The translations under genes were made by a program, and so were the position numbers. A stretch of DNA of 64,000 nucleotides from the human T2T-CHM13v2.0 reference genome, Homo sapiens, in the NCBI RefSeq assembly GCF_009914755.1, contig NC_060935.1; one strand, 5' to 3'. Positions 15,992 to 33,539 of this stretch are shown in pieces. A model generated the notes under the pieces. The model was not told where the DNA came from, ran no database searches, and saw only the letters and a list, made by a program, of their open reading frames with translations. The stretch's first letter is position 1; each line of letters starts with the position of its first letter.

Positions 15992-16116
15992 TTTTTCTTT
16001 TTTTTAAAGAGACAGGAGTCCTACTATGTTGGTCTTGAACTCCTGGGCTCAAGGGATCATCCTGCCTCAGCCTCCTGAGTAACTGGGACCATAGGCATGC
16101 ATCACCATGCCCGGCT
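15992..16116 (-). mobile_element. FLAM / Alu left monomer
   Basis: Single antisense monomer with T tail. Confidence 0.8.
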
Positions 16117-16503
16117 GCAAGACTACAACTCGTGCTATAGCACAATTAATTTTCACCTTGTAATTTTATTACTTCCCTGTTTGAAAACATGAGTGGCATA
16201 TGATTTACTACATGTTTAGCAATTTACAGGATTTTTTTTTTACCCATGATACTTTCTGGAAAATAGTTATGTGAATGTTTATGGCGTTGACTTGATAACT
16301 ATACTGCTTTATTAGTAACTATTTTTGCAAAGTTATTGCCATGACAAATATTACTTGGGTTCTTCATATGTCCCTTAGATTGTAACTGTGGGAAACTTAA
16401 GTGCTACTTTAGATTTCTCTGGTGTTCAGGAAGTACATTTTGTTATGGTCAGCTAGCTGAGTGCTTTAAGTTTGAACTATGAAAATCTCCTTAAAAAAAA
16501 AAA

Positions 16504-16793
<290 letters not shown>

Positions 16794-17429
16794 GATTCTG
16801 TAGTTTCTGGCACTTGAAATTGCAGGACTCCAACCTACAAATGCTGTATTATTATGAGATTTAGGCTGGAAATACTGAGGCAGTAGGATTTAAGCACTTA
16901 CCCTTAATTGACATCCCAAAACTATATATAAAACAAACAAACAAACAAAAAAACAAAAAAACCCACCAGTTTTAGGAAAGAGAAGGGAAGAGGGGAGGAT
17001 TAATGGTTGACCAGAGACTGTTTTGAGTGTCAAGGCACTCAGCTTTTCACAGCTATTAACCAGTACAATACCCCTTTTGGTTGAGGGAAATAGACTTTAG
17101 TTTTTCATCCTCTACTTAACATAAAGATCTTTAGACACCTCTTGTTTTCTGGTTGTCACAGGTGATGTTAGCATATGTGTAATGCTTTGTTTGCCTCTGG
17201 CGTGTCTTTTAGTATTTGAGTTTGACTAGCCGTATAGCAGGACTTTAGTGGTTTGGATGCATAGATGCAATGTATTGCTTTTGTCTGTTTTATAATTAAC
17301 AATTATAAAATAAAAGGTCATTCCTTAATTTGCAAATTTGTTCTCAGAAAGTTCTGTTTGATACATGTCATACTGCATGGCTCTTTAAAGGTGGCAGTAT
17401 CATGCAGTACAGACTGGAATATAGGATAA

Positions 17430-18360
17430 TAGGCTTATACACTTGGAGTAGAGAAGGCCTTTTTGAATAGGACACAAAGCACACCAAAAAAAAGCCACAG
17501 ATACATTATTTTGACTGTATCAACACTTAAAACTTCTGTAAAATGAAAGATACCACAGACAAGTTAAAAGAAGACCATGAAGTAGATGTATGTATTTGTG
17601 ACATGTATAGAATTATCTACAAGTCAAGAAGAAGAAAAAAAGACAACCAGAGAAGAAAATTGGCAAAGGATAAGAAATACAAATAAACATGAAAATGTGC
17701 TTAACTTTATTTGTAATCAAGAAAAGTAAAATTAAAACAACAGAGAAAAGCTATTTTCTAACTATTAAATCGGCAAAATTAAAAAGCATTAGGCCAAGGA
17801 TAGTGAAAATAGATACTCATACAGCTGGTGGTGTGTAAATTGGAATAACTAATTTGTAAAAGCAATTGTCTATCTCTGGTAAACATGAAGATATCCTGTG
17901 CATCCTATGAAATGCCAATTCCATCTTGAGGAATCTACCTTAGAAAAACTCTTGCACATATATACAAGGAAACACGTACAAGAATGTTCAACACAGCCCA
18001 GTTTATTATAGTGAAAACATGGAAACAACCTAAATGTTTATCAGTAGGGAAATATTTACCATTGGGAACTATCAAAAAGGTAAGTAGGTTCCATATTGTT
18101 TTATAAAAGATCTCCAGACATTGTTGATTAAAAAAAAAAAAGATGCAGAAAGGATATATCAGACACTTAAAAACAACTTAAAACATGAAAACAGAACAAG
18201 CTCACAAACTATATTTCTGTATTTTTGAAAATATGTACCCCAAACTGATAATAGTTGTTATCTATGGGAACTGGAATTAGTCTTTAGCTTTATCTGTATT
18301 GTTTGAACCTTTAAAAATTATTGTGTGTTTAACTAGAAATAAACATTTTTAAAAATTTAA
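17430..18360 (+). mobile_element. L1ME-type 3' region
   Basis: ttaaaacttctgtaaaatgaaagatacca...gtgaaaacatggaaacaacctaaatgt. Confidence 0.7.
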
Positions 18361-18519
18361 AGATCATACCAGTACTTTGATTTACCAATTTAAGCTTCTT
18401 AATACTATAAAGTATTAACAGGGAAGAGCCAGCAATTTCTAGATAATACAACGTAAGATGGGGCACTTTGTAGGTTTTTGGATTTTTCTTGTTTTGCTTT
18501 CATTTTTGGTTTTGAGAGG

Positions 18520-18680
18520 TAGTGGGGTGAATGGAAGAATACGGGCTTTGGAGTCAAATCTAAGTTTGAATCCAAGCTCTGCCATTTATTTAGACTTTGG
18601 GCAGGTTTCTTAACCTCTCTAGTTTTTAAAAAAATTGCTATTACCTACTTCGTTGGGTTGTATAAGAATTACATGTGCTA
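18520..18680 (+). mobile_element. MIR
   Basis: ggctttggagtcaaatctaagtttgaatccaagctctgcca. Confidence 0.75.
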
Positions 18681-19679
18681 GATTTCCTCATTTCCCCATT
18701 CCCTTTGGTTAAGGGAAATTGGTCTAGTGTGGTCTAAGATCAAAGATGGTCTCGTATGGATGACAAAATGTTTCACAAGAACACACTATATCCTTGGACC
18801 AGGATATACCAGTAAAGATGGAGGATGTAAATAATAAATTTTAGAGGTCTATTAACTGTTTAAACCATTAAGCTATCTATTTGTACCTCACAAGATCAAA
18901 TACTAGATTATGTTAGTGATTTATAAATGATATTGAACTTGAAACTTCTAAGCAGTTTACATGACAGGTTGTTGATTAACAGGTTTACTTTTTTTTTTAA
19001 ATCTCAGAGAACATTTTAATTTAGTTCAGCAAACATTTATTTGTGCCATCCAGCATCTCAATCTCAAGAGGCCTCATAGACCAAAATATGTCTCAAAAGG
19101 AAGAAAGGAAAACTCTATGTATTTATCAATTTATTTATCAAACTCTGGCAAGGGGGGAAAAAGTCAGGTTTAAAGTTGAGTATATGTATATACTCTGCTT
19201 TTCACTTGTACTGCTATTGCCTATGTGTGCATCTGTTAATATCATATATAGCAATTCATATGAAGATTTTTTCCAGTGAGACTTAGTTATTCTATTATTG
19301 GGACTCTGTATTAAATAATAATTTTTAAAAAAGAGTGCTCTAACTAATGTTAAGGTGGAAATTCTAGACCCCTCAAACAAAAATTTCCAAATAGGACCCC
19401 TTATCATTTAATTGTGAAATAAACAACTAATGCTTTTATGGTATTTATGCTTGGGAAGAGAATAAAATAAATAGTTTTGGATTTTCCCCATATAAATTAG
19501 GGCCTGCTGAGTAATTAGCAGTTAATAAGTGAATGCTTCCTACAAGTTTAAAGGTCATACCTGAAATGGGTATATGATGATGTATATTTTTATAGTTATA
19601 GATTTTATATAGCCCAAGAATCCTTGAAGATAGTCTAAACATCTTGGTTTGATGAGCAGAACTTTCAATAAGGGGGTAA

Positions 19680-19915
19680 GGGGCTAATATTGTTTGAGCA
19701 CTTACTATGTGCCAAGCACTATTCTAAGATGATTACATAGATTATTTTATTTAATCTTCACCACAGTCTTCTGTGGTAGGTACTAGTATTGCCCAATTTT
19801 ATAGAAAAGGGCAGAGAGATAAGGTAACTTATATGAAGTTACACAGTCAGTAAATGACAGAGCTAGAAATCATATCCAGGTTCAGTTGGCTCAAGAACCC
19901 ATGTTCTTAACCATT
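19680..19915 (-). mobile_element. MIR
   Basis: ttgagcacttactatgtgccaagcactattctaag...cccatgttcttaacca. Confidence 0.8.
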
Positions 19916-21069
19916 GCAGTAAAAATTGTTATGCTGTTTTAATCTGTAGAGTCAGCATGTAGCAATAATAATATAATCATTAACATGTTACATTTTGCAT
20001 ATATTGAATGCTTTCTAAAGAAGTAGTTTATTATCAGACATATTCTTAGAATCATACCCATTTTATAGCAGGATTGACAGTGTTATAAAGAGATTACGTG
20101 ATCAACATGGGGTGAGTCAACAGAACCAAGAAGTTTCTGATCCACAATTGCCTTCACTTGCTAGGTTCAAGTAAGGATCATATAGTGTTTACTTACATTT
20201 GCCTTAGATTTTTCAGTATAGCATGATGAAATTCTAAATGCTTATCTCAGACAGTGATGCTATCTGAGCAAGACATGGACAATTGGGCATTAGTGTGAAT
20301 TTTAGGACACTAGAGCGTAGGTACAGGTTAGAAAACTTAATCCTCATCTTGTGGAAGTCATGGCAAAGCCAAAGAGGAAAAGCCTGTCTTAAATGCTTTT
20401 CCTTTTCCAAGGGGCAGCTAAGGTGCCCAGATATCTTTGCCCTCCAGGGATGCAGGTGTGCTGTTTTTTATTCTTTAATCATTCACATAAATTAAAGCCT
20501 ATTCCTTTGCATTAAAAAAAATGTAAAATGACACTCTCCGTGTTTTATTGCCAGGCAAGAGCTTTGAACTTCTGTCTCATTGAAGTTTGATAAACTAAGG
20601 ATTTTCCCGTGTTGGGTGGTACCCTTAACCACAGAGGGAGCATTAGACTGATAAGAGCTGCAGGTGAAGGAAACCACCAGGGCACGGCAATTAGGGAGAG
20701 CTTCGCACTTGGCTGTTGGCTGGTGTAAAACTCTCTGCAGGGAGGAACTTTTCTTCTTAGCTTCTTCCCTTCACCCACACGTAAAAAGAACACCAGGGCT
20801 TTCTATTTCTACTTTGCGAACTAGGAATGGATGGGATGGTTCTTTTCAAGAAACTTTCAAATTTAGGGACAAGTTCTAACTTCACACAAATGCTGATTGG
20901 TATGAAGGTGGGGGGACAGGACAGACAGACATACACACACATAAATTCACGTGGACCCAAATGGACCATATCTCTCAGGTGATTTTACTATCAACATACA
21001 TTCCTGCCTTTGTGCACTGTGTAAAATAAAGATAATTTTTACTTCCATAACTGATTATAAAGTGTTAAT

Positions 21070-21335
21070 GGTGAGGCAACGTGTTAAGAGAATGGGTTCT
21101 TGTATCAGGTAAACCTTGGTTCAAATCTTGGCTTCTCTTCCCACTAGCTGTGTAAATTAATTTTGTAAGTCTCAGTTCTCCCACTTGTAAAAATAGAAGT
21201 CTAAGAATAACTATTATAGGATTGTATTTGGAAGAAATAGAATAAAGCATGTGAAACAATTAGTACAGTACTATATCTGTCACATTGTTGTTTAATAAAT
21301 TGTGCAAGTACTCAAAAATGGTAGCTGTTATTATT
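21070..21335 (+). mobile_element. MIR
   Basis: ggttcaaatcttggcttct...ctcagttctcccacttgtaaaaatag. Confidence 0.7.
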
Positions 21336-22584
21336 TGTAATATGAAACTAAATATCTGATTGGTAGATTAATGTTAAACATGCATGGTCCAATATATTTC
21401 TTTCTTTCCTTTTTTATATTTTTGGTATAAAGTCTATTTTCTTGAAAATTCCTGCTTTTTTTTTCTAGAAGGACAAAAGTACTTTGATTTTTACTGCTCT
21501 GAAAATATTTATCCCGTAAAAAGCTTTCACATTAACTTTGAGTCCCTGGAGCTAGGGAGGAGAAGCAGCAGGATTTGCTACTAAGTAGAGCTCTTTCATT
21601 TCTACCATCAAAAAGAAAAAAAAAAAAAATCCTGTGCTAGCCTTAGGTAGAGCTAAGTCATAAAAGGCCATATAGCCTAAGGAAGGACTCTTTTTATAAG
21701 ATCAGGATAAACCGATAGAAGAAAGGAAGGAGAACACAGAGGTGAAAATGCAGCTGATTTTAATGTTTCCCTGGCCATTTTCCCTCCCAATTTAATATAC
21801 ACCTAATTATAATTATTATATTTTGAAAACAATACCAGAAATTGGCAGGTATTATCTCACAGCTTCACTCTTAGTTTTGGCCGTTTCTTAAAGAAACAGT
21901 TTTCTAGTTGGATGAACTGTTGAGTTGAGGCACTGATTTTGTTTTCACCTCTTTTTGGGTGGGGTTGGGGGTGGGCAGTCAGGGTTTGCAGTGGTTTATA
22001 GTTGTTAGTTTTGGGAAGCACTCATTTAGATAGAATGAGTCACAGAATGTAAACAGGTCATCCATCTGGACTTTAGGCTGCTGGGAACGTGGTGAAACCT
22101 TAGGTCACCGCGATCATTATGGTCAAATGAAGACTTTTGGGCTCAGGTTGGCAGGTAAACTTACTTGTTTTATGAGCTTCACTAGACTACCAGGACTTCA
22201 GAAATAGTTTTTTGAAATACCAATATTTATAAATTTTAGGTAATTCCATCATATTTTCCTGAGGAATGAAACTGTGAAAGAAGTAAATGTCTACTTTGGC
22301 AGCAACTTCATAGAATTGCTTTTTGGAAGGATATTCATCACTTTGGGGTTTTTTGTTCTCACTGCTCCAGATGAAAGTATTTTTCTGAATTTTTTATGGT
22401 AAATGTGGACACTGAATTGGAAGCTTCTATGTAAAGTTTGTCAGGAAACCTCTGTCATACCTAAGGATAAAATTCAGAGAAAGGGAAGAAGTATTTGAGT
22501 ACCTGACATCTAAGAAGTTCTGGCCTATGTTGTTTACTGAGTAAACTCCCAATAATGCTTTGAGACAGGCTTTTAAGGAAACAT

Positions 22585-22803
22585 GTTATCAATCACGTAC
22601 TATGTACCAAACACATAGTGGTGTTTTACCTGTATTATCTTATTTATTTCTCATAACCCTATAATGTAAGTACCATTATTATCCCCATTTTACCATGAAG
22701 AATAGGCTTGAAGAATAATTTGTTTATGGTCACATAACTAGGAAGTGGCAGAGCTGAGAATGGAGCTCTCAACTCTCTGTAATCCAAAGCCCAGGTTCTT
22801 AAC
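22585..22803 (-). mobile_element. MIR
   Basis: ccattattatccccatttta...ggtcacataactaggaagtggcagagctg. Confidence 0.75.
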
Positions 22804-22990
22804 CAGTGATTCTTAAACTTAAGAGTACATAAGAAGCATCAGGAGTACTTGTTAAAAATTACTGGGCTGTAGTAAAAAATGTAAGGTCACTAAATCTGGG
22901 ACAGTGCCAGACTATAAATCTGCGTTTTAAACGGCATCCCAGGGGATTCAGATCAAGAAATTGATTGACCATATTTTGAGAAACATAGTT
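22804..22990. mobile_element. MER5-like hAT MITE
   Basis: cagtgattcttaaactt...catattttgagaaacatag terminal inverted repeats. Confidence 0.6.
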
Positions 22991-23325
22991 AAATTATATT
23001 GCTTTTCACACTTGATAAAGAAGAAAACAGGTGTAGACTAAGTAACTATCCAAGATTAAGCTACCAAGACAGAGCCATGATTCAAACTCAGGTCTGTCTC
23101 ACTCTAATACTCATACTTTTTATTATACGCCCATGATTAACTCACACATTTCCAAGTCACAACAAATGCAGAAAACATGACATCTAATAAACCAAGCCAG
23201 ATAGATTTCATGGTCTTGTTATTTACCAAAGTTAATAACTTATATATACACCAGTACGAAAATTTTCATGGTCCTTAAACCTTTCCAGTGACTTTTTTTT
23301 TTTTTTTCTAATTTAAATTAACTGA

Positions 23326-23636
<311 letters not shown>

Positions 23637-24076
23637 AGAGTTTTCTTTACAATCATACCATCCATGCTTCAAGCATGGAATTACTAACTCCCTGGGATAA
23701 GTTTCTGATGCAGAAATGGAAAAGAATAGAAGGAGGTAGAAAGAAAAGAACTTCCAGGTGTATCTGCTGAATGGTGCTAAATCTCCTCTTCAACCCACCC
23801 TTGTGATTGAGATGAAGAATGAAGGGTTGATGCTAATACTAACAGCCAGTCAAATGGCAATTGGTCATGTTCACATCATCTCCCAATCTATCCTTTGAGA
23901 CTATAGCTCAGTTAGGGTCAGCAAGTTTGCTTTGCCTATTCCAGTCCACTGATGAAGTGTCATCAGACAGAGCCAACACCTGGATTGCCTTACACATGAC
24001 CTCCTACTAGGATTGGGATCATTCTTTTTAAAATCTTTCTCTCATTTTCTCTTTCTCTCTTGCTATTTGATTGCAG

Positions 24077-24179
24077 CTCAGCGACATGTCCTCACCTACA
24101 TGGAGGATGCAGTGTGCCAGCTGCTAGAAAACAGGGAAGATATTAGCCAATATGGAATTGCCAGGTTCTTCACTGAATA
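24077..24179 (+). CDS. CSTPP1: Internal coding exon (103 nt, phase 1 to phase 2) of centriolar satellite-associated tubulin polyglutamylase complex regulator 1 (C11orf49); probably the second coding exon
   Basis: Long polypyrimidine tract (~24020-24065) then TTGCAG acceptor; donor TA|GTAAGT; open frame CT-CAG-CGA-...-GAA-TA gives (A)QRHVLTYMEDAVCQLLENREDISQYGIARFFTE(Y), matching my recollection of the C11orf49 N-terminus MLSPERLALPDYEYLAQRHVLTYMEDAV... Confidence 0.92.
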
Positions 24180-24622
24180 GTAAGTACATGAATGTTGTAC
24201 TAATACAGTGAACCCAGAGGAGGCGCTTGGAAGCAGGCAGGATACTTGAGGAACAGAGCAGGACAATGCTGATTAGGTAGTGGCAGTGAATGTTTAGTTT
24301 TGGTAGGTTGGTTGTGGGCCGCCCAAACATGTTTTGGAGCATGCCTTTGGTGCAGCTAGTTTGTCCAGTGATGTCTCATGAATAGTTTTGATTACAGTAG
24401 CTTAACAACTGCTTGTTTGATCTATTAGATCTATTTCTGTAGGTTTCTCTTTTAACTTTCTCCTTTATTCAAAATATTCACTTTGATTTCCTTTCGCTGA
24501 TGTTCATCTAGCCTGTTTTTTTTCATGGCTGGCTTTTCTCATGGAATCTAGGCTAATGTTCCTCTGCAGTTTTCTTTCTACAGGATGCTGTGCCAATCAC
24601 TTAATGATTTAAGTGTATTTCT

Positions 24623-25760
24623 AATCAGCAAAGTGAAGAGACAACCCACAGAATGGGAGAAAGTATTTGCAAACTACCCATCTGACAAGGGATTAATAAC
24701 CAGAATATATAAGGAGCTCAAATATCTCTATAGGAAAACATCCAATAATCCCATCAAAAAATGGACAAAAGATGTGCATAGACACTTCTCAAAACAAGAC
24801 ATACAAATGGCAAACAGGCATAAGCAAAGGTGCTCAACATCATTGATCATCAGAGAAATGCAAATCAAAACTACAATGAGATAACATCTCACCCCAGTTA
24901 CAATGGCTTGTATCCTAAAGACAGGCAATAACAAATGCTGGCGAGGATGTGGAGAAAGGGAACCCTTCTACACTGTTGATGGGGATGTAAATTAGTATAA
25001 CCACTGTGGAGAACAGTTTGGAGGTTCCTCAAAAAACTAGGAATAGGGCTGCCATATGATCCAGCAATTCAACTGCTGGGTATATACCCAAAAGAAAGGA
25101 AATTAGTGTATCGAATAAATATCAGTACTCCTATGTTTGTTACAGCACTGTTTAGAGTACTAAGATTTGGAAGCAATCTAAGTGTCCATCAACAGATGAA
25201 TGGGTAAAGAAAATGTGGTACATATACACAATGGAGTATTATTTGGCCCTAAGAAAGAATGAGATCCTGTCATTTGCAACAACATGAATGGAACTGAAGA
25301 TCATTATGTTAAGTGAAATAAGCCAGGCACAGAAAGACAAACATTGGATGTTCTCACTTGTTTGTGGGATGTAAAAATCAAAACAATTAAACTCATGGAC
25401 AAAGAGAATAGAAGGATGGTTACCAGAGATTGGGAAGGGTAGCAGGGGGCTGGGGGAAGAGGTGGGGATGGTTGATGGTTACAAAAAAAGAAAAAAAAGA
25501 ATGAAAAAGACCTGCTATTTGATAGCACAACAGGGTGACTCTAGTCAATGATAACTTAATTGTTCATTTTAAAATAACTCAAAGGGTACATTTAGATTGT
25601 TTGTAACACAAAGGAAAAATGCTTGATGGGGTGGATACCCTATTCTCCATGATATGATTAGTTAACATTGCATGTCTGTATCAAAACATATTATGTGCCC
25701 TAAAAATATATACACCTACTATGTACCCATGAAAATTAGAACTTAAAAAAATTTTTTAAA
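24623..25760 (+). mobile_element. 5'-truncated L1MA (L1MA1-3-like) ORF2 end and 3' UTR
   Basis: Translates [30 protein letters not shown]; L1MA-type 3' UTR (gcacaacagggtgact...ttgtaacacaaagga). Confidence 0.85.
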
Positions 25761-25819
25761 GGAATATTTCTAGAGGGAGGATATCTTTCATAGATTATAT
25801 ATTTGAAAGATCATACCTA

Positions 25820-26137
<318 letters not shown>

Positions 26138-26170
26138 TTAGAATGTGTAAAAGTCAAAATGATTACTACC

Positions 26171-26483
<313 letters not shown>

Positions 26484-26544
26484 TGAATATCACAGAACTG
26501 TTTTTAGGCTGAATGAGATAAACACTTTAAAAACACATTAATAT

Positions 26545-27881
26545 TCTTTTTCTTCCAACTTTTATTTTAGATACAGGGAATACATGTGCAGGTTTGTTAC
26601 ATGGGTACATTGCACCCAGGTAGTGAGCATAGTACCCAATAGGTAGTTTTTGACCCATTACCCCTCTCCCTTCTCCCCTCTAGCAGTCCACAGTGTCTGT
26701 TGCTCCCATGTTCATGTCCATGAATGCTCAATGTTTAGCTCCCACTTATAAGTGAGAACATGTGGTATTTGGTTTTCTGTACCTACATTAATTCACTTAG
26801 GATTATGGCCTCTAGCTCCATCCATGTTGCTACAAAGGACATGATTTCATTCTTTTTTATGGCTGCATAGTACTCCATGGTATATATGTACCATATTTTC
26901 TTTATCCAGTTCACCTTGATGGGCACCTAGGTTGACTCCATGTCTTTGCTATTGTGAATAGTGCAGCAATGAATGTACGAGTGCATGGGGAGAATGATGT
27001 ATTTTCCTTTGGCATACCCACTAATGAATGGGACTGCTGAGTCAAATTGTAGCTCTGTTTTAAGTTCTTTGAGAAATCTCCAAACTCATTTCCACAGTAG
27101 CTGAATTAATTTACATTCCCACCAACAGTGTATAAGCATCCTCTTTTCTCAGCAGCCTTGCCAGCATCTGTGTTTTTTCTTTTTTGACTTTTTAATAATA
27201 GTCATTCTGACTGGCATGAGATGGTATCTCACTGTGGTTTTGATTTGCATTTCTCTGATGATGAGTGATAATGAGCATTTTTTCATATGTTTCTTGGCCA
27301 CTTATATATCTTCTTTTGAGAAAATGTCTGTTCATGTCCTTTGACCATTTTTAAATGGGGTTATTTCGTTTTTGCTTCTTAAGTTCCTTATAGATTCTGG
27401 ATATTAGACCTTTGTTGGATGCATAGTTTGTGAATATTTTTTCCCATTCTGTAGGTTGTCTATTGATAGTTTCTTTTGCTGTGCAGAAGCTTTTTAGTTT
27501 AATTAGGTCCCACTTGTCAGTTTTTGTTTTTGTTGCAATTGCTTTTGGGGACTTGGCCAAGAATTATTTGCCAAGGCTGATGTTGAGAAGGATATTTCCT
27601 AGGTTTTCTTCTAGGATTTTTATAGTTTGAGATCTTACATTTAAATCTTTAATCTATCTTGAATTAATTTTTGTATATAGTGAAAGGTAAGGGTCCAGTT
27701 TCATTCTTCTGCATATGGCTAGCCAGTTATCCCAGCACCATTTATTAAACAGGGAGTCCTTTCCCCAGTGCTTGTTTTTGTCAGCCTTGTCAAAGATAAG
27801 ATTGTTTTAAGTGTGTGCTTTATTTTTGAGTTTTCTGTACTTTCCATTGGTCTATGTTTCTGTTTTTGTACCGGTACCATG
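26545..27881 (-). mobile_element. 5'-truncated older primate L1 (L1PA13-16-like)
   Basis: 3' UTR and ORF2 end ([21 protein letters not shown]). Confidence 0.85.
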
Positions 27882-28479
27882 CAAAACGCAATCTTCATGA
27901 AAGGATGTGCTAGAGAAATACATATGCCATCACATATTTATATAATCGTTTGGATTCTCTTTCCTTTTCTTCTGGTTTTTGGGAACATTCTAAGAAAGGA
28001 AGAGTAATCCTTATAGGCTTCCATTTAAGTGAATCTTGAACTCAAGTTCATCTTTCTTGAACATAGTTTTTTTTTTTTTTTTTCCTTTCTGTTCTCCAGA
28101 GGCTCCTTGGAGATCAGACAGCTATTCAAATGGCCTCACCTTGGGTTTCTGTTAGGGGAATACTTGAGATTCCCTAGCTCTTTTGCTGAACTCTAAAGTT
28201 CTTTTCAATGAAATCTAGATTTTTTATGGATTGGCATTTAGGTTCGTTGGAAAAAGAAGCTTTCTGGGAGTAAAGTTGTTCCTTTCACCCAGTCTTCTAA
28301 AGGAGGATGAAGTAGAGAAAGGAATTTTATTTGTTCTCATGATGTGGGCTGGAGCAAATGAGGTGGGCAGGGAATAAAGACTGAGATTGAATAGCCTTGC
28401 TTGCTTTTACAGAACAGACAAGTGAACTGACAAGCCTACGGGTCAAGTTTCTATACCATTTAATCTGTACCAGCACTCT

Positions 28480-28995
<516 letters not shown>

Positions 28996-30213
28996 ACAGC
29001 AGTATCTATATTTTAAGTTATTGAATACTATCTACTCTTCTAGATTTTGTTATAATAAGGACTACTTTCTTGTTTTTTCCTCCCTTTCTTTTTTTATTTT
29101 TTTTATTTATTATTATTTTTTATTATACTTTAAGTTCTAGGGTATATGTGCACAACATGGAGGTTTGTTACATATGTATACATGTGCCATGTTGGTGTGC
29201 TGCACCCATTAACTTGTCATTTACATTGGGTATATCTACTAATGCTATCCCTTCCCCCTCCCCCCACCCCAAGACAGGCCCCAGTGTGTGATGTTTCCCA
29301 TCCTGTGTCCAAGTGTTTTCATTGTTCAATGCCCACCTATGAGTGAGAACATGCGGTGTTTGGTTTTCTCTCCTTGTGACAGTTTGCTCAGAGTGATGGT
29401 TTCCAGCTTCATCCATGTCCCTACAAAGGACATGATCTCATCCTTTTTTATGGCTGCATAGTATTCCATGGTGTATATGTGCCCATTTTCTTAACCCAGT
29501 CTATCATTGATGGACATTTGGGTTGGTTCCAAGTCTTTGCTATCGTGAATAGTGCCACAATAAACATACATGTGCATGTGTCTTTATAGCAGCATGATTT
29601 ATAATCCTTTGGGTATATACCCAGTAATGGGATGGCTGGGTCAAATGGTATTTCTAGTTCTAGATCCTTGAGGAATCGCCACACTGTCTTCCATAATGGT
29701 TGAACTAGTTTACAGTCCCACCAACAGTGTAAAAATGTTCCTATTTCTCCACATCCTCTCCAGCACCTGTTGTTTCCTGACTTTTTAATGATCACCATTC
29801 TAACTGGTGTGAAATGGTATCTCATTGTGGTTTTGATTTGCGTTCTCTGATGGCCAGTGATGATGAGCATTTTTTCATGTGTCTGTTGGCTGCATAAATG
29901 TCTTCTTTTGAGAAGTATCTGTTCGTATCCTTTGCCCACTTTTTGATGGGGTTGTTTGATTTTTTCTTGTAAATTTGTTGAAGTTCTTTGTAGATTCTGG
30001 ATAGTAGCCCTTTGTCAGATGGGTAGATTGCAGAAATTTTCTCCCATTCTGTAGGTTGCCTGTTCACTCTGATGGTAGTTTCTTTTGCAGTGCAGAAGCT
30101 CTTTAGTTTAATTATACCCCATTTCTCAGTTTTGGCTTTTGTTGCCATTGCTTTTGGTGTTTTAGACGTGAAGAAGTCCTTGCCCATGCCTGTCCTGAAT
30201 GGTATTGCCTAGG

Positions 30214-30220
<7 letters not shown>

Positions 30221-30242
<22 letters not shown>
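30221..30242 (-). mobile_element. Poly(A)-only retroposed insertion
   Basis: 22-nt T-rich tract between 16-bp direct repeats TTGCCTAGGTTTTCTT (30205-30220, 30243-30258); the L1 consensus has one copy. Confidence 0.7.
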
Positions 30243-30244
<2 letters not shown>

Positions 30245-30304
30245 GCCTAGGTTTTCTTCTAGGGTTTTTATGGTTTTAGGTCTGACATTTAAGTCTTTAA
30301 TTCA

Positions 30305-32945
<2,641 letters not shown>

Positions 32946-33090
32946 TTAATCAAAGACTAGGATTGCAACCCCTGCTTTTTTTTGTTTTCCATTTGCATGG
33001 TAGATCTTCCTCCATCCCTTTATTTTGAGCCTATGTGTGTCTCTGCATGTGAGATGGGTCTCCTGAATATAGCACACTGATGGGTCTTGA

Positions 33091-33435
<345 letters not shown>

Positions 33436-33539
33436 TTAAGGTTAATATTGTTAATGTGTGAATTTGATCCTGTCATTATGATGTTAGCTGATTATTTTGC
33501 TCTTTAGTTGATGCAGTTTCTTCCTAGCATTGATGGTCT

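Noticed and set aside
22200-22500. Possible ancient DNA-transposon remnant (also 47750-48100)
   Set aside because: Too diverged to assign by eye; needs an HMM search.
24124-24342. 72-aa minus-strand ORF overlapping the exon
   Set aside because: It is antisense to the true exon; the splice signals and protein match are on the + strand.
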